A DNA stretch of 64,000 bases from Octopus vulgaris (taxonomy: Eukaryota). The notes below the pieces were generated by a model. The model was not told the origin of the DNA. It worked only from the letters and a program-made list of their open reading frames with translations, and searched no databases. Shown here piece after piece: positions 13,881 through 24,381 of the stretch. Location: assembly GCA_951406725.2 (NCBI GenBank), contig OX597834.1:36022001-36086000 (forward strand). The letters run 5' to 3'. Each line of letters opens with the position of its first letter. The first letter of the stretch is position 1. The translations under genes were made by a program, and so were the position numbers.

Positions 13881-15251
13881 GTATATATATATGTATGCAT
13901 AATTTTTACATGCATAAGCACACACACACACACATATTGATATACACACACACATATGTGTATGTATGTATGCAGAATGAAGTTCAAAGATGTTGAGTGT
14001 AAAAGGACGAGTATTCCTGGAGAAAACAAATGATTTTCGTTTTTTTTTAAAAACATATATAGAGGCAGTGGACAAGGGAGATAATGCTATTTACATCATC
14101 ATTGCTGCTGTTGTCAATGTCATTTTCATCATCATTGTCGTCATCATAATCATCCTCATCCTCATGATGATGATGATGATGATGATCACTATCATCATGA
14201 TCCTCATCATCAATGTTGTAATTATCCTAACTTTCATCACCATCATAACATGTATGGTAGTGGACATGTAGCAGAGGTAATATGACCTTCATCATTATCA
14301 TTATCGTCATCATCATCGTCATCATCATCATCATCATCGTCATCAACATCATCCTCATCATCATCGGTCATCGACATCATCACCGTCATCATCATCATAA
14401 TCATCCTCAACATCATCTTTATGACCATCATCATCATCATCATCACTACAACCATCTTCATAACAAACATTTATTATTTTTTTTCTTTTTATATGAGGCT
14501 TCAGATTTTCCCTGGATTTGATCCTAAAAACCTTCATCTCAAGTCTCTCTTGACCCACCACTAAGTCTTGTACCCTCTGCAATCACAATGGTTTAGAGAC
14601 CCTGGGAAAAATGACATGAAACATTGCTGTCATCACTGAGGTAGCTTGGCTTGTGTGTCTGTGTGTGTGTTTCTGCATGTGTGTGTGTTTGTGTATGTGG
14701 TTTGTGTATATGCGTGAGTGTATAAGAGTGAAAACATGTGTATGACTGCATGTGTGTCGTGTATGTGTGTGTGAGTTGCTGCAGCATGATCACATTGTCC
14801 ACATAACGGTCAAAGGGATTGGCTATATGAAATGGTGGACAACTGGGGTAAAAGTCAAGAACCTAAACAACTAAGAGTGAGAACAGGAGTGGGAAAGTTC
14901 CCATCAGCTTTTGTGATGTTTTGCTGAACTCAATGTCTTTGATATCAAAAGATTATTCGTGACTCATATCCAGTCAGAAATAATGGATCTGAAAGCATGA
15001 TGGTGTGTTTAAAAGACATACACAAGGTCACAGGGCGAAAATGGATAAATATTCAGTGGGAGAAAAATGACCACAAAAATACACCAGTTTGTAAATACAG
15101 CCTCAAAAAAACAAAGAAAGAAAGAAAGAAAGAAAGAACAAACACATGCAAAGTTCTGGAAATACAAACATACATACATATATATATGTGTGTGCGTATG
15201 TATGTATGTATGTATGTATGTATGTATGTATGTATATATATATGTATGTAT

Positions 15252-15491
<240 letters not shown>

Positions 15492-15559
15492 GTTCAGTAT
15501 AAGTTCAAAATAAACAGGTGCAAATGAAATTAGAAAATAGATACATTTAAAAGCATAGG

Positions 15560-16450
15560 ATTGGACAAAAACAGCCACAGACCCAGGCAGACTGTTAGAA
15601 ACATGGAGAGTCATAGAGTCACAAACTCTAACAGTCATAAACTCAGGCAATGGTGACTCCTATAGTCACTGACTTAAGCAGTCAGAGTCTCAGACTCATG
15701 CAGCCACAGACTCAAACAGCCAGACTGTTACAGACTGAAACAGTAGACACAGAGTCAGAGAGTCACAAACTCTAATAGTTATAGACTCAGGTAGAGACAC
15801 ACAGTCTCTGACTTAACCAGTCAGAGCCTCAGACAACCAGACTGTCACAGACTCAGACAGTAGACACTGAACCAGAGAGTCACAAACTCTCATACTCAGG
15901 CAAACGGAGATTCACGCAGTCACTGACTTAACCAGCCAGGGACTCAGACAGTCTCAGACTCAGACAACCAGATAGCCACAAACCCAGAGAGTAGACACAG
16001 ATGCAGACAGACACAAATGGTCACAGACTCAGACAAACACTTAATTACAGACCCAGGGTCATAGATTCAGATAGTCAAGACTCACAGTTATAGATTCAAA
16101 GAGTCACTGATTCAGACAGTCACAAATTCACAGAGCCATAGACTCAGACACTGACAAGACTTAACCAGCCACAAACTCATACAGCTACAGATTATCACAA
16201 ATTAAGACAGTCGCAGACTCAGACAGTCACAGACTCAGACAGGCATTGACTCAAACAGTCAAAGACTCAGACAGGCATTGGCTCAATCAGTCAAAGACTC
16301 AGACAGTCATAGACTCAAATAAAGACTCAGACAGTCATAGACTCAGACAGTCATAGACTCAGACAGTCATAGACTCAGACAAAGGCTCAGAAAATCATAG
16401 GCTTGGATAGCCAGAAACTCAGACAGACACAGACAGCTATTGACTCAGAT
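15560..16450. repeat. Degenerate 16-bp minisatellite (actcagacagtcatag)
   Basis: Exact tandem units at 16325-16380 that decay on both sides. Confidence 0.9.
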
Positions 16451-16704
16451 ACATACAGTGACACATACCAAAGAAATGCAGTAAAAAAAATTACACAAAA
16501 AAAATAAAAACTGCTAAAAGTCATATAATTAGATAAAACCGTTAAACTTTATAATAAAAAGTGGAGAGACATATATACATATATATACATACATACATAC
16601 ATACATCTATATATATATATATATATATACATATATACACACACATATATATACATATATATATATATACAAATACATATATACATATATATATATATGT
16701 ATGT

Positions 16705-16762
<58 letters not shown>

Positions 16763-17233
16763 AACAGAAGTAGTAATATTATATTATATATAGTGTGATA
16801 TCAAAAAGTGATGTAATAATAGAGTTTTGAATATTATTAGACAAGATAATATTGCAGTGGAAACATGAAATAATTTTTCTCTGTACATTTTAGATTTTTT
16901 GTTTTTCTGAATTATTTTCTCTGTTGTCTTTTTGTTTTGTTTTTAATTTTTTTTTTTTTTGCTTCTCTCTCTTTATTTATTTTTTTTTTTCAATTTTTTT
17001 TTTCCGATCCGATTCCGAGATTAAAAAATAGCCAGTTTTTTACACCCGTAGCAGCAGCAACAGTAGCAGCAGCAGCAGCAGCAGTAGTATTAGTAGAAGT
17101 AGAAGTAGTAGAAGAAATAGCAGAAGTGGTAGTGTTGGTGGTAGTAGTAGTAAAAAATAGCAGTAGTTGAAGTAGAAGTAGTAGTTGTATTAGTGTATCA
17201 ACTTTTGCAGTAATTATAGTGTTGTTCTTATTG

Positions 17234-17274
<41 letters not shown>

Positions 17275-17435
17275 TATAGCAGCAGCATTAATAGAAGTAG
17301 TGGTATCGATGTAGCAACTTTATTATTATTATTATTATTATTAATTTTAATTATTATTTGTAGTGTTTGTACTGACCCCTCTCATCCTTTACCCTGGTAG
17401 CAAATAGACGAACTCATTTGCTTCCAGGGGATCAA

Positions 17436-17470
<35 letters not shown>

Positions 17471-17745
17471 GTAGTAGTAGTAGTAATGGTAGTTTATAAT
17501 TATAAAAAAAAGCAATTGTGCTGCTCTTCTTTTTTTTATCCTTTTCTTGTTTTATTTTTGTTTTCTATTTTTTTCCACTTTTTTTCATAAACTGGAAGAA
17601 ATCCCCCAGTTTTTGATTTCATATATACATACATATGAACATATATATATATATGTGTGTGTGTGTGTGTATGTATGTATATACATACATACATGTACAT
17701 ATATATATATATATATAATTATACATATATATATATATATATGTT

Positions 17746-17780
<35 letters not shown>

Positions 17781-18442
17781 GCATGAATATATATATATGT
17801 TGTTGTGGTTGTTGTTGTAGTTGCTGACATAGTAGTAATAGTAGTTACTGATGTGGCAGTAGTAGTAGTAGTAGTATTTGTTGTTGTTGTAGTTTATGAT
17901 GTAGTTGTACTAGTAGTAGTAGTGGTTGTTGTTGTTGTAGTAGTTGCTGTCGTTGTAGATGTAAGTGTTGCAATGTCCAACAAGAAATAAAAATGGACAG
18001 AATTTAGCCACAAATTAATGTATTTATTTATTATTAGTATTATCATCATCATCGTTATTATTATTATTATTATTTTTTTTTTTTTTGTGGTTTTATTTAA
18101 CTTTCCGTTATTATATTTTTTTAAAAACAAAAAAAAAAACAAACCAATAATTGTGCTCATTAAGAATTTACATATATATATATATATGTTCCGCTGTTTG
18201 GGTGGAGATTCCTTAAACATTTGTTGTCGTAGCCATTATCATCTTCATTATTATTATCATTATTATTCTTATTCTTCTTATTTTTATTATAGTGGTTTTA
18301 TTTATTTTATTTTTAACTTTCTTTTTAAATATATTTTTTCACCGATTTGGTTATATGTATTTTTTTTCCGTTTTCTTTTTAATTAATTTTTTTTTTTTTT
18401 GTTGCTTCATTTGTTAATTTCTTCGTTTTCTTGATGTATTCT

Positions 18443-18663
18443 TCAAACAACCGTTTCCATCTGAGACAAAACCTTGCATTTGATTAACTTCGATGTGGAA
18501 GGTTCTTGCTGTTGGGTTTTGTTCTGGGTCTCCTTTTTCTGTTTGGCGAGGACCCAGCTGCGCAAATAAGGAGTCGGTATGAGTATCAGGCCTGACAGAA
18601 TGACAAACGCTCCGGAGGCATAAAAACTGTAATCGTAACTCCCGTAGGTATCGCATAAAAAAC
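18443..18663 (-). CDS. SLC16-like transporter, terminal coding exon (TM12 + C-terminal tail ending ETVV*)
   Basis: Long polypyrimidine tract and ttttag|GT acceptor at 18664. Phase-1 joining gives (G)FLCDTYGSYDYSFYASGAFVILSGLILIPTPYLRSW...SQMETVV*, which fits the SLC16 G-x-L-x-D-x-x-G-S-Y...FY-x-x-G pattern. This frame is missing from the ORF track. Confidence 0.92.
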
Positions 18664-19272
18664 CTAAAAGGAAAAAGAAAAAAAAAAGGAAAAAATTTAA
18701 AAAGAAAAAAGCACAGGAAGAAAAGAAAACAAGAATTATAATACTGGTACAACACTGATATTTTCTGGAATTTTTGGTTCCAAAACCATTTTAGATCACC
18801 AATTTTTCTGAAACAATGCTGGTCACATTCAATATTAAAGAATAGGCACAGGTATGGCTGCATGGTAAGAAGCTTGTTTACCAACCACATGGTTCCGGGT
18901 TCAATTCCACCACGTGGTACTTTGGTCAAGTGTCTTCTACTTTAGCCTCAGGCAGACCAAAGCCTCGTGAGTGGATTTGGTAGATGGAAACTGAAAGACA
19001 GAACCTAAAGACTGAGGAAATGCCATTAAGCATTTTGCTCGATGTACTCACAATTCTGCCAGCTTGCCATCTTGTTTCAAATATTGGCGCAAGGCCGGCA
19101 ATTTTTTTTGGAGGTTGGGGGATTAAGTCAACTGTATTGACCCCCAGCATTCAACTGGTACTTATTTTTATCGACCCCACTAGAATATAAAGACGGATGA
19201 AATTCCACAAAGCATTTTGCACACTAACAATTCAGCCAGTTTGCTGTCTTCCCTGTGCCTTTTATATTGAAA

Positions 19273-19565
19273 GGCATGTGGTATAGTTGTTAGGACATTC
19301 AGCTCACGATTGTAAGGTCATGAGTTCAATTCCTGGTGACTCATTGTGTCCTTGAGCAAGGCACTTTATTTCACATTGCTCCAGTTTATTCAGCTGGCAA
19401 AAACGATTAGTACCTGTATTTTAAAAGGCCAGCCTTGTCACATTCTGTGTCACGCTGAATCTCCCTGAGATCTACGTTAAGGGTACACGTGTCTGTGGAG
19501 TGCTCAACCACTTACACGTTAATTTATCAGCTGGGACCCTCATTGTCGTAACCGACTGAGTGCTC
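19273..19565 (+). mobile_element. tRNA-derived SINE: family D head with the family C tail
   Basis: Head ...gagttcaattcc...gtgtccttgagcaaggcactttatttcacattgctccag. From gtacctgtattt onward it matches 11403-11583. Confidence 0.75.
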
Positions 19566-19587
19566 CTCCATATTGAAATAAAATATT

Positions 19588-20729
19588 ACCCTTTCTACAA
19601 TAGGCACAAGGCATGAAATTTGGTGGGAGTGGGACAGTTGGTTACAATGACCCCAGCGTTTCACTGGTACTTATTTTATTGAACCCGAAAGAACAAAAGG
19701 AAAGTTGACCTGGCGGAATTTGAACTCAGAATGTAAAGACAGATAAAATACTGCAAAGCATTTTGCTCGGCTCACTAACAATTGTGCCAGCTTACTGTCT
19801 TTCCGGTGCCTTATATTTTGAAATATAACATTACCCTTCATGCACAAGGTATGGAATTCGGGACAAGGGGGGTGCTAGTCGATTACATCGACCCCAGTTC
19901 TCCACTGGTATTTAATTTATCGACCCTGAAATGATTAAAGGCAAAGTCGACCTCTGTGGAATTTGAACTCAGAATGTACAGCTGGATGAAATACTGCTAA
20001 GTGTTTTGCCCGGCGTCGTAATGCTTCTGTCATCTCACTGTGTTAATAATAATAATAACAATGGCTTCAAATTTTGGCTCAAGGCCAGCACTTTTGGAGT
20101 AAGGTGGTTACATTGACCCCAGTGCTGAACTGGTACTTATTTTTACTGACTCTGAAAGGATGAAAGGCAAAGTTGACCTTGGCGGAATTTGAACTCAGAA
20201 CGTAGTGACGGATGGAATGCCACTAAGCATTTTTCCTTGGCATGCTATCAATTCTGCCAGCTTGCTATCATGTTTCAAATTTTGGCAGAAGGCTAGCAAT
20301 TTTGAGGAAGGAGTTATGTCAGTTATATCAACCCCAGTGTTCAGCTGGTACTTATTTTATTGACCCCGAAAGGATGAAAGGCAAAGTTGACCTTGGCGGA
20401 ATTTGAACTCTGAATGTAAAGACGGATAAAATACTGCAAAGCATTTTGCTCGGCACACTAACAATTGTGCCAGCTTACTGCCTTTCCGGTGCCTTTTATA
20501 TTGAAATTTAACATTACCCTTCATGCAGTAGGCACAAGGTATGAAATTCGGGGCAGTGGGGTAGTCGGTTACATTGACCCCAGTACTCAACTGGTATTTA
20601 TTTTATCGACCCTGAAAGGATGAAAGGCAAAGTTGACTTCGGCAGAATTTGAACTCCGAATGTAAAGACGGATGCAATACCTCTAAGCATATTGCACGGT
20701 GCAGTAACGATTCTGCCAGCTCACGGCCT
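19588..20729 (-). mobile_element. Head-to-tail cluster of about five SINE-B copies
   Basis: Repeated gaaaggcaaagttgacc...gaatttgaactc at 205-240-bp intervals. Confidence 0.85.
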
Positions 20730-21534
20730 TATTGAAATATAATATAATGAACAGAAACCATCAAATAAAACACACGTAATTTTGTGGCACATTGTAAAGA
20801 CAAGACGAAGTCGTACATCAGTTATTACAATGGGAAAACAGTTTTTGTGGTGAAAGACGAAGAGACAAAACTTGAGAAAGGGAAATATCGTTTTGGAGAT
20901 GACAGAGAACAAGGAAGTGTAACTATGTTGGTCAGTAGGATCCAATTACTCTCGACATGACAAGAGAGATTTGTAACCAACAGCTGTGTAATGACTAAAC
21001 AAGGCCAAATTGTATGTAAGTCAAAATATTCGTGTAGCCATGTTCATGTGCATGTGTGTGTGTGTGTGTGTGTGCGGGTATTGAACTGAGGGTGTGTGTG
21101 AGTAGCCGAAAGAAGAACTAGAAGTATGGAAGGATAGCAGCAACAGAATACACTTCAGGTCTATGATAAAAGATTGCATTTTTTTCTTATACTACATACA
21201 TTTATTAGGACATATTAAACATCCCTATACATCTTCTTTCTACCCCTCATCATCATCATCATAATCATCATCACCATCATCGTTTTACTGCCCACTGTTC
21301 CATATTTGTATACGTCAGATGGAATTTTTTATGGCAGATTTTCTATAGCTGGATGCCCATCCTGTCACAAACCCTTACCTGTTTCCTAAATAAAGTAACA
21401 TTTCCTTTTGGCTGAAAGAAGAATTAGAAGTATGGAAGGAGAGCAGTTCCAGAATATACTACAAATCTATGATAAAAGATTGTGTTTTTTTTTATACCAC
21501 ATACATTTATTAGAACATATCATACGTCCCTACT

Positions 21535-21918
21535 CTCTTTTATTCTTTTACTTGTTTCAGTCATTTGACTGTGGCCATGCTGGAGCACTGCCTTTAATCG
21601 AGCAACTCGACCCTGGGACTTATTCTTTTATAAGCTCATTACTTATTCTATCGGTCTCTTTTGCCGAACCGCTAAGTAACGGGGACATAAACACACCAGC
21701 ATCGGTTGTCAAGCAATGCTAGGGGAACAAACACAGACACACAAACACACACACATACATATATATACATATATACGACAGGCTTCTTTCAGTTTCCGTC
21801 TACCAAATCCACTCACAAGGCATTGGCTGGCCCGGGGTTATAGCAGAAGACACTTGCCCAAGATGCCACGCAGTGGGATTGAACCCAGAACCATGTGGTT
21901 GGTAAACAAGCTACTTAC
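21535..21918 (-). mobile_element. SINE-A, full length (intronic)
   Basis: Complete head aggcgcaggagtggctgtgtgg through to the tail. Confidence 0.9.
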
Positions 21919-22410
21919 CACACAGCCACTCCTGCGCCTATATGTACATCATTTTAACATCCGCTATTCTATCCTTGCTTGGGACTGAACCTGAAACCAT
22001 GTGGTAAGGAAGCAAACTGCCCAACCATACAGCCATGCCTGTACCAGTTATATAGAAATATGGGATGAGGTGGTGAAGCATGACCTTCGAACACTGGGCC
22101 TCACTCAGGCAATGACAAAAGACAGAGACATCTGGGGATATGCTGTGACTGAGAAGACCCGGCAAATAAAGTGATTACACAACTGTAACCTACACCAGTG
22201 TCGCATAACCAGCCCCAGTCCACTCAAAAGTACCTTGGATCATAGGGTGACATGCTGTGCTTGAGGAGACCTATTGTGTCAATTACCTCAAAACCAAAAT
22301 CAAATGGAAATTACAGCTGTGATCCCTGTGCCGGTGGCACATAAATAGCACCCTGCTGTGCTCTTTCACCACAACTTTCTCTCACTCTTTCTTCCTGTTT
22401 CTGTTGTACC

Positions 22411-22570
22411 TACAGTTCTATATTTAAGAGATGAGGAATTATTTACATTATTTACATTCGATGAATATTTGTCCTCATCTTGTTTGTTAACACAACGTTT
22501 CGGCTGATATACCCTCCAGCCTTCTTCAGGTGTCCTGGGGAAATTTCAAACCTAGGTTCTCATTTCTAAA
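22411..22570 (-). mobile_element. Second, 5'-truncated copy of the hammerhead-bearing element
   Basis: About 160 bp closely matching 23296-23460, with the same terminus (tacagttctatatttaagagatgagg on +). Confidence 0.8.
22489..22534 (-). ncRNA. Minimal type-I hammerhead ribozyme motif
   Basis: Minus strand: gacac CTGAAGA a ggctg gagggtatat cagcc GAAA c GTT gtgtt. All core positions are intact and the palindromic AACGTT replaces stem III. Confidence 0.8.
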
Positions 22571-23376
22571 GAAAACTAAAGTACAAACCAAAATAGCATT
22601 TAATAGAAAGAAATTAATGTCCTTCTAAAGCAGGATTTCTTTCATCTTTATTAATCCACTTAAAATTTTTCTTAAACATAAACTCCACATTTTTCAATGC
22701 TCTGAGCTCAAAATGTTTCCTTTGTGGGTTTTTTCTCGTAACAAGTTGTCTTAATGTAGGTTTTTTTTTTATGAGTGGTATTAAAGGAAAATTAAAACAA
22801 ATTGGTACAAATATACAATATATGAATATATGTCATGAAGGGCAAGTGTATGAATTAATACAAAACTGCTGAGTGGTGAACTAGTTTGAAGTCTGCAAGA
22901 TTCAGAACTAACCAGACATACATTGTGTAACCCCTGCTGTGTGAGGTTATGAAAACAGAAAAAAATGTAACATTAGAAACTAGATTATAAGTGTTATGGA
23001 GATTCAACGATGGATAGAGTGCTTTTGATATTAGAAGAGCCCAGTGGCATATAGTGGTTGTTGTACTGGGTGTGCTACCACACCCAATGGCACCAAATTT
23101 CAAGCAGGGGTATAACAACAGTTTTCCATTAAGATCTGTGATTGAATTTGCCATTTTCAATGGGTGTGCAGCAGACACCAAGCACACCCAAAATATATGA
23201 CCCCTAGAAGAGCCCTTACTTTGCAACTAGCAACTGTATGAACAACTTACAGTAATGCTGAAAACTTTAACCCTTTAGCATTCAGATTATTTTAATACAG
23301 TTCTATATTTAAGAGATGAGGAACTGTGTACATTATTTACATTTGATGGATATTTGTCCTCATCTTGTTTGTTGTT

Positions 23377-23422
23377 AACACAACATTTCGGCTGATACAC
23401 CCTCCAGCCTTCATCAGGTGTC
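23377..23422 (-). ncRNA. Minimal type-I hammerhead ribozyme motif
   Basis: Minus strand: gacac CTGATGA a ggctg gagggtgtat cagcc GAAA t GTT gtgtt. Stem I is acac/gtgt, the CUGAUGA core is canonical, stem II is ggcug/cagcc, followed by GAAA and a GUU triplet. Confidence 0.8.
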
Positions 23423-23479
23423 TTGGGGAAATTTTGAACCTGGGTTCTCATTCCTAAGGTATTTTTCGATGTTTTTTTT

Positions 23480-23683
23480 CCTTTCTTTTACTTGTTTCAG
23501 TCATTTGACTGCGGCCATGCTAGAGCACCGCCTTTAGTTGAGCAACTCGACCCCGGAACTTATACTTTGTAAGCCCAGTACTTATTCTATTGGTCTCTTT
23601 TGCCGAACCGCTAAGTGACGGGGACATGAACACACCAGCATCGGTTGTCAAGCAATGCTAGGGGGACAAACACAGACACACAA

Positions 23684-23716
<33 letters not shown>

Positions 23717-23885
23717 CAAATATACGACAGGCTTCTTTCAGTTTCCGTCTACCAAATCCACTCACAAGGCTTTCATCGGCCCGAGGCTATAGAAGACACT
23801 TGCCCAAGGTTCCACGCAGTGGGACTGAACCCGGAACCATATGGTTGGTAAGCAAGCTACTTACCACACAGCCACTCCTGCGCCT
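23480..23885 (-). mobile_element. SINE-A, full length, nested in the hammerhead element
   Basis: Complete head to tail, with atgt on both flanks. Confidence 0.9.
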
Positions 23886-23888
23886 ATG

Positions 23889-23938
<50 letters not shown>

Positions 23939-23972
23939 GTTGTTGTTCAGGTCACTGCCTGGAATTGAACTC

Positions 23973-24043
23973 AGGCATATGGCATAGTAGTTAAGAGCAC
24001 AGGCTACTAACCCCAAGATTCCGAGTTTGATTCCAGGCAGTAA

Positions 24044-24103
<60 letters not shown>
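23973..24103 (+). mobile_element. tRNA-derived head (A and B boxes) followed by (AAT)n, inverted relative to 23891-23972
   Basis: A box tggcatagtag (23980-23990), anticodon-like arm ggctactaacc, B box gagtttgattcc (24023-24034). There is no full cloverleaf. Confidence 0.7.
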
Positions 24104-24105
<2 letters not shown>

Positions 24106-24381
24106 TGGACGAAGGATATATATAGCCATAATTCTCCATGTTTGCTGCTTACTTAAGCCCACCCATTGCACTTGATAGAGCATATGTTATTGAAAAAAGA
24201 AAAAAAGAACTTTAAAATCTCCCAGCTTGCTACCTTCCCTGAAATTATCAGGGCTGTTAAATGATGATGATGATGATGGTGATGATGCTGATGGAGATAG
24301 GTTAGTCTAGTCAGGGATTACTTGGAAGTTAAACAACAACAACGATAATAACAGCAATATGAATAAAATAGCAAGACTTAC

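Larger units (their letters stand above)
23296..23972 (-). mobile_element. tRNA B-box + (AAT)n + hammerhead-bearing retroelement, interrupted by a SINE-A insertion
   Basis: Minus strand: gagttcaattccaggcagtgacctg-(aat)n-[SINE-A 23885-23480]-catcgaaaaataccttaggaatgagaacccagg...hammerhead...aaatatagaactgta. Confidence 0.65.
18664..24381 (-). other. GT-AG intron of the SLC16-like gene (5718 nt)
   Basis: Donor gtaagt, acceptor ttccttttag, and the reading frame is preserved across the junction. Confidence 0.9.

Noticed and set aside
18414-18929. 171-aa minus-strand ORF
   Set aside because: Wrong frame over the real terminal exon, and it starts within a SINE.
24329-24381. ORF-track C-terminus KSCYFIHIAVIIVVVV of the 608-aa ORF
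   Set aside because: Read-through past a canonical gtaagt donor. The true TM12 is in exon 18443-18663.
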